A stretch of DNA of 64,000 bases from Candidatus Daviesbacteria bacterium (GCA_016186955.1 JACPKP010000003.1:2290-66289); one strand, 5' to 3'; counted from the first letter of the stretch, positions 45,834-56,627 are shown. The notes: a model not told the origin generated them from the letters alone. Translations and numbers: made by a program.

Positions 45834-47471
45834 ATGTTTATACTAGATATCTTAAAATCAACTACAGCTCAGATTCTACTTATTATTTTTTTAACAGTCC
45901 TAGCTTATTCCAATATCTTTCAAAACTCATTTGTAGGCGATGATTATGTCTTTATTATCAACTGGGACAAGGCCCATAAGATAGACTTTATCCCAAAAAT
46001 GTTTATGGGAGAGTCAGCGCCTGAAGGTCATCAAGCTGTATACAGACCAATCAGATCTTCAATCCTGACCCTCTTATATCAAATTTGGGGGTTAAATCCC
46101 TGGGGTTATCATCTTTATTCGTTGTTTGTAATAATATTTTCAACAGTTTTGGTCTATTTTATAACTAGGCAAATAGTGTATGTTGCTCGGGGTCCTGCCG
46201 CGGCAGTTTCCCGTCGGGTGTCCTCAGTCGTTCCACTCCCTGCGGGCACGCGCCGGGACCCCTCTGCCGCGTCACCCCTCGCAACTTCTTTTATACCTTT
46301 CATCACAGCTCTGCTTTTTGGCTTGCATCCGATCCATGTGGAGTCCATCACCTTTATGTTGGGAGCAATGGATTCTACAGGGGCGCTTTTTTTCCTTTTG
46401 TCATTTTATTTTTGGATAATACGCTCTGATAAAATTATATTTTTCTATTTTTCGCTATTTTTTGCTGGAGCAGCATATTTTACAAATGAAATCACAATCA
46501 CTTTGCCATTGGTAATTTTAGCTTATGAATATTTTTTTAACTTTGATAATCGGAAAAAACCTTTCAAACTTAAAAATTTTAATCTATTTTTAACGCATGT
46601 AACAGCTTGGTTTTTTTATTTAATCTTTAGAATATTCATTTTGGGGGTTCATTTTAAAGGAGAATATTTAGGTGGGAGTTTTTATCTGACCATGCTGACG
46701 ATGGTTAAAGCTCTTATTAAATATATACAAATTTTTATCTGGCCGAATAATCTATCTACTTATCCAACTATTGCTCCGGGGATAGAGTCATACACAGGTT
46801 TGTACGCTCCTATGGGAAAAATTATGACACAATCTATTTTTGATCCGGACATACTGGTATACCTTGTGTTTTTTGGGGCGCTGTTTTTTGCCACCTTCCA
46901 TTTTAGGAAAAAGTTTCCATTATTGTCTTTCTCCATAGCCTGGTTTTTTATCAGCCTTTTGCCTGTATCGGGAATATTTCCCCTGGATACTTTAGTGCAG
47001 GAAAGGTATGCATATCTATCTTCGTTTGGATATTGTCTCTTTTTAGGCTGGGCCTTTTTAAAAATATTTAATATTAAACATCAAAATTTTTATGTGAAAT
47101 ACTTTGCCCTGTTTATTTTTTTAGTGTTGATTTCCAGTTATTTTTATTTCATTTACGGACGCAACCAGGATTTTAGAAACCAGATAACATTTTGGGGGAA
47201 ATTAGCATCACAAGCGCCCAACAATCCTTTGATAAATTATTATCTGGCAGCAGAATATCAATATGCAGGTAGGGATATGGAAGCAATTAGATATTTTGAA
47301 AAAGTTCTGCAGGTTGCCCCTAATGCTCCCGATGTTTATTTTAGGTTAGGTCAGATTGACCAAAAAAAAGGTAATCTGGAAGAAGCTATAATTAATTATC
47401 AAAAAGCGCTAAGATTTGACCCAGGCTATTTGCCTGCGCAACAAGCCTTAGGTGATCAGGTAAAAAAGTAG
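45834..47471 (+). CDS. TMTC-like GT-C glycosyltransferase with TPRs (paralog J, lacks the C-terminal 'YPA' module)
   Basis: 'ILLIIFLTVLAYSNIFQNSFVGDDYVFIINW'. 104-bp GC-rich MITE at 46182-46285. TPRs at the C-terminus ('YFRLGQIDQKKGNLEEAIINYQKALRFDPGY'). Confidence 0.6.
   Translation: MFILDILKSTTAQILLIIFLTVLAYSNIFQNSFVGDDYVFIINWDKAHKIDFIPKMFMGESAPEGHQAVYRPIRSSILTLLYQIWGLNPWGYHLYSLFVIIFSTVLVYFITRQIVYVARGPAAAVSRRVSSVVPLPAGTRRDPSAASPLATSFIPFITALLFGLHPIHVESITFMLGAMDSTGALFFLLSFYFWIIRSDKIIFFYFSLFFAGAAYFTNEITITLPLVILAYEYFFNFDNRKKPFKLKNFNLFLTHVTAWFFYLIFRIFILGVHFKGEYLGGSFYLTMLTMVKALIKYIQIFIWPNNLSTYPTIAPGIESYTGLYAPMGKIMTQSIFDPDILVYLVFFGALFFATFHFRKKFPLLSFSIAWFFISLLPVSGIFPLDTLVQERYAYLSSFGYCLFLGWAFLKIFNIKHQNFYVKYFALFIFLVLISSYFYFIYGRNQDFRNQITFWGKLASQAPNNPLINYYLAAEYQYAGRDMEAIRYFEKVLQVAPNAPDVYFRLGQIDQKKGNLEEAIINYQKALRFDPGYLPAQQALGDQVKK
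46182..46285. repeat. 104-bp GC-rich MITE (copy 2)
   Basis: Near-identical to 40846-40949 and 52876-52979. Confidence 0.8.
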
Positions 47472-47494
47472 TTGTCCAGTAATTTTTACAAGTT

Positions 47495-48733
47495 ATGAAT
47501 CTTGCCAAAAAGATTAATGTTTGCAGAATATGTAAAAGTAAAAAACTTTATCATTTTTTGGATTTAGGAAAACAACCAATTCCAAACGGGTTTTTAAAAA
47601 AAGAGCAATTAATATTAAAAGAGAATTTTTTTAAGTTAGCATGTTTTTTTTGTCGCAGCTGCGGGCTTGTTCAACTGACTCATGTTGTTTCTCCTGCCCT
47701 TATGTTTAAAAATTATGCCTATATCCCATCCGGCGCTAAGATGATGTTAAACAACTTTTCAAATTTGGCATACCAGGCAAACCACCAGATTAAACTTTCA
47801 AAATCTTCCCTCTGCGTGGATATCGGTTCAAATGATGGGAGTTTACTCAAATTTTTCAAAGCTTTTGAAGCAAAAGTTTTAGGGATTGACCCGGCGCAGA
47901 ATCTGGCGGATGTTGCAATAAAAGCAGGCATCCCTACCGAAGTAATGATGTTTAATGAAAAAACAGCAGACAGAATTATTAAAAGTCACGGCAAAGCAGA
48001 CATCATTACCGCAACGAATGTAGTGGCGCATATAGATAACCTGCACAGTCTCCTCAAAGGCATACTCAAGCTTTTGAAAAATGGAGGGATATTTATTACT
48101 GAGTTCCCTTATCTTTTAGATCTGGTTGCAAAAAACCAATTTGACACCATTTATCACGAACATCTTTCATATTTCTCACTGAAACCATGGTTGAAACTGA
48201 TAAGCGGGTATGGTTTTGAGATCGCCGCAGCGCAAAGGTTACAGATTCATGGCGGGTCTATTAGGTTGACCCACCGGAGGAGACGGCTGAAACACATTTC
48301 CCGGGTGGTAAAATACCTGGTGGATCTGGAGGCAAGACAAGGTTTGCACAGCGCCCAGGGGTTTGAAGATTTTTCAAAACGTATTTTTAACCTGAAAGAT
48401 CAATTGCGTGCAGCGCTTAAAAATTTAAAAGATCAAGGTAAAAGGGTAGTGGGTTTGGGTGCGCCGGCCAAAGGCAATGTCCTGACTAGTTTTTTCAATA
48501 TCGGAGTTGAGACACTGGATTATATTGTAGATTCAACGCCGTTGAAACACGGTTTGTTTAGTCCGGGTAAACATATTCCGATTTTTCCTGAATCCAGGTT
48601 GTTGGAGGATAGACCTGACTACGGCCTTATTTTGGCCTGGAATTTTTCTGATGAGATTATTAAAAAGCACGAGAAGTTTAAAAAAATCGGGGGTAAGTTT
48701 ATAATTCCAATACCTGAGGTTAGGATAATATAA
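47495..48733 (+). CDS. SAM-dependent NDP-sugar C-methyltransferase-like protein (zinc-ribbon N-domain + Methyltransf + C-methyltransferase C-domain; TylC3/TcaB9-like)
   Basis: 'CRICKSKKL...CRSCGLVQL' zinc ribbon, a 'VDIGSNDGSLL' SAM motif, and 'YHEHLSYFS', which is characteristic of the sugar C-methyltransferase family. Confidence 0.65.
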   Translation: MNLAKKINVCRICKSKKLYHFLDLGKQPIPNGFLKKEQLILKENFFKLACFFCRSCGLVQLTHVVSPALMFKNYAYIPSGAKMMLNNFSNLAYQANHQIKLSKSSLCVDIGSNDGSLLKFFKAFEAKVLGIDPAQNLADVAIKAGIPTEVMMFNEKTADRIIKSHGKADIITATNVVAHIDNLHSLLKGILKLLKNGGIFITEFPYLLDLVAKNQFDTIYHEHLSYFSLKPWLKLISGYGFEIAAAQRLQIHGGSIRLTHRRRRLKHISRVVKYLVDLEARQGLHSAQGFEDFSKRIFNLKDQLRAALKNLKDQGKRVVGLGAPAKGNVLTSFFNIGVETLDYIVDSTPLKHGLFSPGKHIPIFPESRLLEDRPDYGLILAWNFSDEIIKKHEKFKKIGGKFIIPIPEVRII

Positions 48734-48840
48734 ATCTCAAATGTTAAATGTCAAATCTACAACTTAAAGCTAAAATCTTGAAAAAATAGGATATTTGAGA
48801 TAAAGTTTTGAGATTTTCGATTTGAGTTTTGAGATTTTCC
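48725..48840. repeat. Inverted arrays of AT-rich heptamers (aaatNtc ... gagattt) forming a long imperfect hairpin between genes
   Basis: 'tctcaaatgttaaatgtcaaatctacaac...gatatttgagataaagttttgagattttcgatttgagttttgagattttc'. The left arm heptamers are on the + strand and the right arm is their complement. Confidence 0.6.
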
Positions 48841-48844
48841 GAAC

Positions 48845-49570
48845 ATGTGGCATAGAAAAACTGTTGCTGTTATTTTTCCTACATACAGAGAAAAAGATTC
48901 AATCAAGGATGCTATTTTAGAGTTTGATTCAACAGGCTTTGTTGATGAGATTATTGTGGTGGATAATAATGCCCAGGAAGGGACAGGGCTTGAGGTTAAA
49001 AAAACCCGCGCAAGGCTGATAAAAGATAACAGGCAAGGTTATGGTAGGGCTATAAAAACCGGAATAAAAAATACCAAGGCAGATCTGCTGATAATTGCGG
49101 AACCAGACGGCGCCTTTGAAGGAAAGGATGTCGTTAAACTTTTAGCATATAGTGATGATTTTGATACTGTTTTTGGCTCAAGGACACATGTACCGCTGAT
49201 TCATTCAGGTGCAGGAATGCATTTTTTAAGAAGAATCCTGGATGTGCTTTTGGGTAAAATGATTAGTATTCTTTTTATGTCTACAACGCTGACTGATGTG
49301 GGGTGTGTTTTACGGCTTACTAACAGGCGGGGTTGGAAAAAAGTATCTTCAGAATGTAAGGCAGACAATGCCATGTTTGCTACAGAGTGGCTTCTACTGG
49401 CCTGTAAAAATAATGTGAAATTTATTGAGATTCCGGTTAACTTCCGGTCAAGGGTTGGCAGGCCGCAGTTTAACGCAACATTTTTTGGCCAGGCAATATG
49501 GGGTGTTAGGATATTTATCTATATCTGGAAGGTTTGGTTTTATGCAAAACTGGACAGAAAACTTCGCTAG
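48845..49570 (+). CDS. GT2 glycosyltransferase, DPM1/polyprenyl-phosphate sugar synthase-like
   Basis: 'VAVIFPTYREKDSIKDAI...IIVVDNNAQEGTG...IIAEPDG' (GT-A fold with DxD-like 'EPD'). Confidence 0.65.
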   Translation: MWHRKTVAVIFPTYREKDSIKDAILEFDSTGFVDEIIVVDNNAQEGTGLEVKKTRARLIKDNRQGYGRAIKTGIKNTKADLLIIAEPDGAFEGKDVVKLLAYSDDFDTVFGSRTHVPLIHSGAGMHFLRRILDVLLGKMISILFMSTTLTDVGCVLRLTNRRGWKKVSSECKADNAMFATEWLLLACKNNVKFIEIPVNFRSRVGRPQFNATFFGQAIWGVRIFIYIWKVWFYAKLDRKLR

Positions 49571-50411
49571 AATGATTAAATGCCCAAATTGTCAGGACAG
49601 TCCAACAATCGAACTGAAAGCCGATGGAAAATTTCAGGTTTTTTTCTGCACCGGGTGTTTGAACGGTTTTACATATCCGGTACCTGCCGGTTTGGCTAAA
49701 TATTATCCTGGAGGGTATTGGATACCGCAAGGGTGGAAAGGGTTCGTCAAAGAGCAAGTTTATAAGTTAACCCAAAAACGCAGACAAAGATGGATTAAAA
49801 AATACCTGTCTTCCGGCAAGATCCTGGATGTGGGTGCAGGTGAAGGAGTTTTCATAGAAACCATGAAGAAGCAGTTTTCCGTAGTCGGTATTGAACCGCC
49901 TTTTTCCAAAATAAAAAATCAACATATAATTAAAATTGATTTTTTAAAATGGCAAACAAAACAAAAATTTGATGCAGTAGTTTTTTGGGAAAGCCTGGAA
50001 CATACAAGAGTCCCTCAAAAATATCTTGAAAAAGCATATAATCTGTTGAAAAAAGGAGGCCTGGTTTTTATAGAATATCCTGTCCTTGATTGTTTGGAAT
50101 CAAAAATTTTTGGCAGGTTTTGGTACCATCTTGATTTGCCAAGGCACCTTGCCCATCTTACAGAAAAAGGGTTGGGGATAATAACTGCAAAGGCAGGTTT
50201 TAAAAAAATTGACAGCAAAGATGTATTTGCCCTTGAATATACTTTGCCTGGGTTTTTAGCAAGCCTTTTGAATATCAGTAAAGTTAAGTTACCAAAAACG
50301 AATCTTTTACTCCTTGCAGTACCGCTTTTCATACCAGTTTTAGCCGTAGAACTGCTTTTTTATGTATTGCACCAGGCGCCTATAGGAATTATGATTGCCA
50401 GGAAAGTTTAA
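49542..50411 (+). CDS. class I SAM-dependent methyltransferase with N-terminal zinc ribbon
   Basis: 'MIKCPNCQDS...CTGCLNG' followed by 'ILDVGAGEGVFIE' (motif I). Start chosen at an internal Met to avoid a long overlap with the upstream GT2; 49572 is an alternative. Confidence 0.55.
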   Translation: MQNWTENFARMIKCPNCQDSPTIELKADGKFQVFFCTGCLNGFTYPVPAGLAKYYPGGYWIPQGWKGFVKEQVYKLTQKRRQRWIKKYLSSGKILDVGAGEGVFIETMKKQFSVVGIEPPFSKIKNQHIIKIDFLKWQTKQKFDAVVFWESLEHTRVPQKYLEKAYNLLKKGGLVFIEYPVLDCLESKIFGRFWYHLDLPRHLAHLTEKGLGIITAKAGFKKIDSKDVFALEYTLPGFLASLLNISKVKLPKTNLLLLAVPLFIPVLAVELLFYVLHQAPIGIMIARKV

Positions 50412-51101
50412 ATGTTTAAAAAGTTGAAGGTAGTAGCAATTTTACCAGCCTATCAAGCTGAAAAAACACTGTTGCCATTTTTTAAAACCCTGCCAAAAGG
50501 GGTTTTTGATGAAGTTATTTTAGTTGATGATTGCTCATCGGATAAAACTTATGAGATTGCCAAAAAACACCGTGGGATAAAGGCATACCAGAATCCAAAA
50601 AATTTAGGTTATGGGGGGAATGTCAAACAATGTTTGAAAACCGCTTTGAAACATGGGGCGGATGTTATGATTGAAATCCATCCTGATGGTGAATACGGGG
50701 CAGATGGGATTATTCCGGCGCTTTTGGAAATAAAACAAGGGGCAAAATTTGTGCTTGGTAACCGTTTTGCCAAAAACCCCGTATCTTCGGGTATGTTTTT
50801 ATGGAAGTATGTTTTTATAAGGGTGTTAAATTTAATCCATAATTTGATTTTGCGGACAAATATTCCCGATTTACATCAGGGTTTTCGGGTTTATACCCGG
50901 CAGCAATTAAGCAAAGTAAATTTTAAAAAGATGAGTGATGGTTATATTTTTAGTTTTGAAATTATCGTAGAGACAATTTTTAAAAAAATGCATATTTCGA
51001 GCGTTCCTGTCAGTACAAAATACCAGGGCGCCAAAAGAGGGGCTTACTTTAAAAACAGTTTGGTCTATGGTTTACAAACCCTTGCAATTTGCTTAAAATG
51101 A
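50412..51101 (+). CDS. GT2 glycosyltransferase, DPM1-like
   Basis: 'VVAILPAYQAEKTL...VILVDDCSSDKT...IEIHPDGEY'. Confidence 0.65.
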   Translation: MFKKLKVVAILPAYQAEKTLLPFFKTLPKGVFDEVILVDDCSSDKTYEIAKKHRGIKAYQNPKNLGYGGNVKQCLKTALKHGADVMIEIHPDGEYGADGIIPALLEIKQGAKFVLGNRFAKNPVSSGMFLWKYVFIRVLNLIHNLILRTNIPDLHQGFRVYTRQQLSKVNFKKMSDGYIFSFEIIVETIFKKMHISSVPVSTKYQGAKRGAYFKNSLVYGLQTLAICLK

Positions 51102-52528
51102 GGGGAAACAGCTATTTTTTAATTCCAATATTTTTAATAGTTGTTCAGGGGATATATTCAATTTCATCAATAGGCGAACTGAGGCTTGAGGAAGCGATTG
51201 AATCTATAAGAAGTGTTTACTGGTTTCAAAACCATCTGGTCTGGAATGGTGGATATACAAATTTAGGATGGTATACGGTTTTGGCGGTTGTCTATAATCT
51301 CTTTGGTTTTAGCGTTTATAGCGCTAAGTTTGTTAAACTTTTTGTTTACATTTTAGCACTTTTATGTCTTGCAGCTCTTTTAAAAAAATACTTAGGTGAA
51401 AAATTAGCTATCGTTCCTCTTTTAATGATTGGATTCTCACCAACCCTCATATATTTAAACAGTTTACAGATATCGCATGGCATAGAGGTAAGTTATTTTT
51501 TAATTTGCGCTTACTTAATTTCCAACTTAAATTTTAAAAAAAGAGCTGAATGGATGTTGCAAACAATTCTTGGAATTGTAGCTGCAATTGCCGTTCTTTC
51601 ATATCCGGCGTTTATTTACTATTTACCGATTATTAGCTTTTATTATTTATATCAATTAAAAAATCAGTGTAAAAAGGCATCAATAAGCTTAATTGTATTT
51701 TGTACGTATCTTTTACTTAGTATTTTATATATTAAGAATAGACAAATTCTTATATATGATACAAACAGCAATCTAGGATTATTCAGAGGAGGAGGCAGAT
51801 TGGAATTTGATTTGGATCTTTTGATAAGTAACTTTAGAATAATGTTTTCAGATTTGTTTCAAATTCCAGTTAGTTATTATTTTGAACCATTAAAAACAGA
51901 GTTTTCAGATTTTTATCCAATGTTTGTTGTAATTTTTGTTATGGTTATTAGTTTAGCGCTTTTCCTCAAAATACAGAGACTACGGTTTTTTATTGGATTT
52001 GTTTGGACTTGTTTTTTAGGTTATTCAATTGTTTTAAACTTATTTGGACCTATTGGGTTAGGAGGGATAAGAAGGGAAACAATTATCCTCACATTATTTT
52101 ATTTACTTTTTGTAATTGTTTGGAAATTTATCTCGAACATAAAGAAATCTTCTTTCGGCCGGAATTTAGTTTTAGTAGTTCTTGGTTTGTTACTTATACA
52201 TCACATCTTTGTTTACCCCCAAAATTTGGGACAATTGAATAAGCAGAGTAAATTCGGTAATTGGTTTGCTCCAAATGCGGAGCTTAGTTTTAGAAGTCAA
52301 ATCAAAACTATTGAAGCAGAAGACCTATGGGTCAATTGCGAGGAAAATGTTAATCCCTATGCGCATTCAAGATGTGCAGGTTTAAGTATCAACTATGCCC
52401 TGATAGCAGGTGAGTGTTTATGGAACAGACGGCTTTGTCATAAAGTCATAGCTTTTGATGCAAAAAACCAAAAACATTTTTTGATTAATTTAAATTTTTG
52501 GGGGGAAGGATCACATGCCGAACCATGA
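51089..52528 (+). CDS. polytopic membrane protein of unknown function (possible GT-C glycosyltransferase or polymerase)
   Basis: 479 aa with ~12 predicted TM helices, embedded in a glycosyltransferase cluster. No diagnostic motif recognised. Confidence 0.4.
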   Translation: MLKMRGNSYFLIPIFLIVVQGIYSISSIGELRLEEAIESIRSVYWFQNHLVWNGGYTNLGWYTVLAVVYNLFGFSVYSAKFVKLFVYILALLCLAALLKKYLGEKLAIVPLLMIGFSPTLIYLNSLQISHGIEVSYFLICAYLISNLNFKKRAEWMLQTILGIVAAIAVLSYPAFIYYLPIISFYYLYQLKNQCKKASISLIVFCTYLLLSILYIKNRQILIYDTNSNLGLFRGGGRLEFDLDLLISNFRIMFSDLFQIPVSYYFEPLKTEFSDFYPMFVVIFVMVISLALFLKIQRLRFFIGFVWTCFLGYSIVLNLFGPIGLGGIRRETIILTLFYLLFVIVWKFISNIKKSSFGRNLVLVVLGLLLIHHIFVYPQNLGQLNKQSKFGNWFAPNAELSFRSQIKTIEAEDLWVNCEENVNPYAHSRCAGLSINYALIAGECLWNRRLCHKVIAFDAKNQKHFLINLNFWGEGSHAEP

Positions 52529-54783
52529 AAGATAAAGTCAAAACTATAATTCAAAATTCAAACTTTCAGATTATAACATTAGTCTTATTAACAATTTTAG
52601 CTTATTCCAATATTTTCTCAAACGGTTTTGTCATTGATGATAAAAGTTTTATTGGGGGTTGGGAGGGGACTAAAAGCTTAGCAAACATCCCGCAATTTTT
52701 TGCAGGCGCTGTCCCGCCGGGCCATGAAGGGGTTTACCGGCCTTTAAGAAGCGTACTTTATGCAATCTATTATCAGGTATTCGGGACTAATATTTTTTGG
52801 TACCATCTCCATTCAATTCTGGTTCATTTAGGGTCAACAATTTTGGTCTATTTTATAACCAGGGAATTAGTATATGTTGCTCGGGGTCCTTCCGCGGCAG
52901 TTTCCCGTCGGGTGTCCTCAGTCGTTTCACTCCCTGCGGGTACGCGCCGGGACCCCTCTGCCACGTCACCCCTCGCAACTTCTTTCATACCTTTCATCAC
53001 AGCCCTACTTTTTGGCCTCCAACCCATCCATACAGAAACCATTACCTATATTGCATCCAGTATGGATGCGGTAGGGATGATGTTTATGTTTTTATCCTTC
53101 TATCTTTACCTTCGGGCACAACTCACCCCGGGGGTGAAGAAAATGCAGTTACACCCCCGGGGTGTAATCCTGGGAGCCTCAGTAGTTTCTGCATTGGCAG
53201 CCTATTTTACCAATGAAACTACACTTATCTTGCCGCTACTGTTGATACTGTACAATATCTGCTTTAGAAAATTAGGATTTGTTTCGAATTTCGGTATCCG
53301 ATATTCGAATTTATTGCTTTATTTGCCTTATTTTGCAGGAGTTTTGATTTACTTCATGGTTCGCTTTTTTGCTCTTCAAATCACTTCAAGAGGGCCATAT
53401 CTGGCGGACAGCATTTATTTTACCTTTCTCACCATGACTAAGGTGTTTGTAAAGTATATCTCCCTTATATTGTTGCCTTTAAACCAGGCAAACAACCACA
53501 CCATCTCAAAAGGGATAGAAGCATTTGTTTACAGGGGTTACAGCCCTGATGCAATCAAAGCGCAAACATTGTTTGATGCAGAGGTATTACTATGTATTGT
53601 TGTTATTATTGCATTGTTTTTATTAGCCTGGAAGATGAAGAAGAAACTACCCATTGTAACATTCGGGATAGGGTGGTTTTTTATTTCTCTTTTGCCGGTT
53701 TCTGAAATTATCCCGCAAGGCTCTATGTTGGGCGAGAGGTTTTTGTATATACCGTCATTTGGGGCGATACTGATTATCGGGTATTGCCTGGGCATAATTT
53801 TTAATTTTAAATTTTTAATTTTCAATAAAAATTTCAAACTTCAAATTTCAAATTCATTAAAGAATATAGTACTGACTACATTTATTGCAATCATTTGTGG
53901 ATATTTTTACCTCACATACACTAGAAACAAAGACTGGCATGATGAAACTTCCCTCTGGTCTAAAGATATTAAAGTTTATCCCGATTCCAATGCTTATGCA
54001 TATTTTCAACTGGGGAATGTCTATTTGGGAAATAACCAGCTGGATAAGGCGCTTTCCAACTATAACCGTTCTTTTGAAATCAATCCTCATTTTGCAGTAG
54101 CCATAGCCAGCGCCGGCAGGGCTGATGAGCGGCAAGGCAATAAAGATGAGGCGGTAAAAAACTACCAAAAGGCCATAAATACAGACCCTAATTTTTGGGA
54201 AGGCTATATTATTTTAGGGGCTATAAATATTGAAGATGGTAACTTTGATTTTGCAAGTAAATATTACCAAAAACTTTCTACAATTTATCCGCAGTATACA
54301 GTTGCTAAAGATATCTTAGACCAGCTTTCCAGGATAGAGCCAGGCGCCAAAAACCTCAAGGTACAAAACGGGGGTATCTTTAAAGCTTTCAGTAACCGGG
54401 TTATAACGTTTTCATATCCTGCAGACTGGAGGTTTGAAGACGGCAAAACTGAATTTAAGCTTACCAGCAGCGGCGAAAAACTTAAAATTGATATTAAAAA
54501 AATTGCAACGAAAGAGAATTCTATTGAAGATTATCTTAAATCAAAAAAAGCTACTTTTGGGTTACTGAAAAACCAGGGGCCGGCTAAAATACCGCAATTT
54601 GACGATTCTTTTGTAAAAGTTTGGCAGGATCCTCAAGATGGGGATATTTTAAAACTGCAGTTTCTTCTTCTGAAAGGAGAAGATATTTTAGAAGTCTTAG
54701 TTTATCCTGCAGACTCACCTTTGATGCGGCAGTTTGATGAGATATTAGCAAGTATTAAAATAGTAACACCATCCAAAAGATGA
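52525..54783 (+). CDS. TMTC-like GT-C glycosyltransferase with TPRs and conserved C-terminal module (paralog P)
   Basis: 'QIITLVLLTILAYSNIFSNGFVIDDKSFIGGW'. GC-rich MITE at 52876-52979, palindromic element at 53125-53165, heptamer array at 53800-53860 ('FNFKFLIFNKNFKLQISN'). TPRs. C-terminal 'KLQFLLLKGEDILEVLVYPADSPLMRQF'. Start set at the internal Met that overlaps the upstream stop by 4 nt. Confidence 0.65.
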   Translation: MKDKVKTIIQNSNFQIITLVLLTILAYSNIFSNGFVIDDKSFIGGWEGTKSLANIPQFFAGAVPPGHEGVYRPLRSVLYAIYYQVFGTNIFWYHLHSILVHLGSTILVYFITRELVYVARGPSAAVSRRVSSVVSLPAGTRRDPSATSPLATSFIPFITALLFGLQPIHTETITYIASSMDAVGMMFMFLSFYLYLRAQLTPGVKKMQLHPRGVILGASVVSALAAYFTNETTLILPLLLILYNICFRKLGFVSNFGIRYSNLLLYLPYFAGVLIYFMVRFFALQITSRGPYLADSIYFTFLTMTKVFVKYISLILLPLNQANNHTISKGIEAFVYRGYSPDAIKAQTLFDAEVLLCIVVIIALFLLAWKMKKKLPIVTFGIGWFFISLLPVSEIIPQGSMLGERFLYIPSFGAILIIGYCLGIIFNFKFLIFNKNFKLQISNSLKNIVLTTFIAIICGYFYLTYTRNKDWHDETSLWSKDIKVYPDSNAYAYFQLGNVYLGNNQLDKALSNYNRSFEINPHFAVAIASAGRADERQGNKDEAVKNYQKAINTDPNFWEGYIILGAINIEDGNFDFASKYYQKLSTIYPQYTVAKDILDQLSRIEPGAKNLKVQNGGIFKAFSNRVITFSYPADWRFEDGKTEFKLTSSGEKLKIDIKKIATKENSIEDYLKSKKATFGLLKNQGPAKIPQFDDSFVKVWQDPQDGDILKLQFLLLKGEDILEVLVYPADSPLMRQFDEILASIKIVTPSKR
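52876..52979. repeat. 104-bp GC-rich MITE (copy 3)
   Basis: Near-identical to copies 1 and 2. Confidence 0.8.
53125..53165. repeat. GC-rich palindromic mini-element (caccccgggggtg-N15-cacccccggggtg), in-frame
   Basis: Encodes 'TPGVKKMQLHPRG'. Confidence 0.65.
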
Positions 54784-56627
54784 TTGTCCTTACATTATCA
54801 AGAGTTTATCAGTATTTGTTGATTCTTACGGTAATATTTCTTTTTTACGGAAATACTTTAGGCAATGGATTTGTTTACGATGATCCGGCATTTATTACGA
54901 ATAATGACTTAGTTCATAGTTTATCAAATATCCCAAAAATACTTGCAGGCTGTTTGATGGGTTTTTCGGGTGCAACCTGCCAGGAGGCAGGAGTCTATTA
55001 TCATCCGTTTTTATTTCTACAGTTTTTGTTTACCTACCAGATTTCGCCTGATCCATTTTTATTCCATGCAGTAAATTTATTAATTTTATCAGGAACAATC
55101 ATGCTAGTAATCATTTTTTTTGAAAAGATTTTTGGAAAAGGATTGTTACCTATTCTGGCGGCGCTACTGGTACTGATAAACCCTATCAATTCTGAGATTG
55201 GTAACTTTGTTTCCGCAGTAAATGATCAATACCTGGTGATATTTTTTATTTTAAGCTTTTTAAGCCTGATAAAATTTTCAAAAACAGGAACGAAAAAATA
55301 TCTTTATCTATCCCTGGTTTTCTATTTTTTGGATTTAGTAGCCAAAGAATCAGCAGTATTTTTATTTATTCCCGGTCTGTTTTACTACATATTTCTTACA
55401 AAACCAAAAAGCAAGCTGCCGTTGTATAAATTAGTCATGTTATATTTTATTCCGCTCCTGTTCTATTTGGGTTTGAGAACTGTTGTACTGGGGAAGTTGA
55501 TCCATAATTTAACCGGTTATCATGATATGAGTTTTCTAACCCAAATTTTAACCGGCATCTCAATTTATCCGCTATATTTATCAAAACTTATCTACCCTTT
55601 GCCCCTTAATGCCCAACATGATCCTCCGGTAATAAGCGGTATAGACTTAAGGTTTTATCTGTCCTTAGGGTTTTGGATTGTAAATGGTTGGTTGGTTTAT
55701 CTTCTGGTCAGGAAAAAGCTGTATAAAATATTATTTGGTTTCAGTTTAATTTTTTTATCGCTTGCGCCGATTCTTGTTTTAATCAATAAAATTGGGCGGT
55801 TTATCTTAGCAGAGAGATATTTATTTATGGCTTCGATTGGATTTTCACTAATTATATTAATTATCTATTCTTGTATAAGTTGGTGGGTTATTTTTCAAAG
55901 AAACAAGGATTGGCATGACGAGTTTACCTTTAACAAAAGCATTGCATTCCTGACGCATGAAAACTTTGGAGTGTTATATAACTTAGGTGTAAATTATACA
56001 AATATAAATCAATTTGAATTTGCAGTTGATTCCTACAAAAAATCATTATTAATTAATCCTGATTTTTGGCAATCTCATAACAATTTAGCAAATGCTTATT
56101 TAAATTTGGGACGAATTGATGAGGCAAAGAATGAGTTTATGATTGTTCAAAAACTAAATCCTGAACTAATCGCTGCAAGTACAAGTATAGATAATTTGAA
56201 TTTAATTAAATCAGGTACAAAATCTGGAATTCTTAAATTGAATAAAAATTTACTTGAATATTCTAAAGATAATTTATCTTTTAGTTTTCCATTGTATTTA
56301 AATTTGAAGGATCAAAAAAATAAAAAAATAATTTCTTCTCCAGATAATTCTTTTGCTATAGAAATTATTCAAGATATTTCGGGAGGATTGGAACTTGAAG
56401 ATTACTTAAAAACCCAAAAAGAAAATTACGGAGTATTGGTAAACCAGGGATTGGCTCAAATTCCCAGCTTTGAAAAAGCTTATGTTAAAGCATGGAATAA
56501 AGACGGAAAAGTTTCTCTTCAGTTCTTTCTGTTTAATAGTAGTAAGGTTATAAAAATATTTGTTACTCCTGCAGATTCGCCACTCATGAAACAATTTGAT
56601 TTAATAATAGGATCAATGCGTATATGA
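54780..56627 (+). CDS. TMTC-like GT-C glycosyltransferase with TPRs and conserved C-terminal module (paralog Q, 'FVYDD' type)
   Basis: 'LLILTVIFLFYGNTLGNGFVYDDPAFITNNDLV'. TPRs ('WQSHNNLANAYLNLGRIDEAKNEF'). C-terminal 'SLQFFLFNSSKVIKIFVTPADSPLMKQF'. Confidence 0.65.
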   Translation: MIVLTLSRVYQYLLILTVIFLFYGNTLGNGFVYDDPAFITNNDLVHSLSNIPKILAGCLMGFSGATCQEAGVYYHPFLFLQFLFTYQISPDPFLFHAVNLLILSGTIMLVIIFFEKIFGKGLLPILAALLVLINPINSEIGNFVSAVNDQYLVIFFILSFLSLIKFSKTGTKKYLYLSLVFYFLDLVAKESAVFLFIPGLFYYIFLTKPKSKLPLYKLVMLYFIPLLFYLGLRTVVLGKLIHNLTGYHDMSFLTQILTGISIYPLYLSKLIYPLPLNAQHDPPVISGIDLRFYLSLGFWIVNGWLVYLLVRKKLYKILFGFSLIFLSLAPILVLINKIGRFILAERYLFMASIGFSLIILIIYSCISWWVIFQRNKDWHDEFTFNKSIAFLTHENFGVLYNLGVNYTNINQFEFAVDSYKKSLLINPDFWQSHNNLANAYLNLGRIDEAKNEFMIVQKLNPELIAASTSIDNLNLIKSGTKSGILKLNKNLLEYSKDNLSFSFPLYLNLKDQKNKKIISSPDNSFAIEIIQDISGGLELEDYLKTQKENYGVLVNQGLAQIPSFEKAYVKAWNKDGKVSLQFFLFNSSKVIKIFVTPADSPLMKQFDLIIGSMRI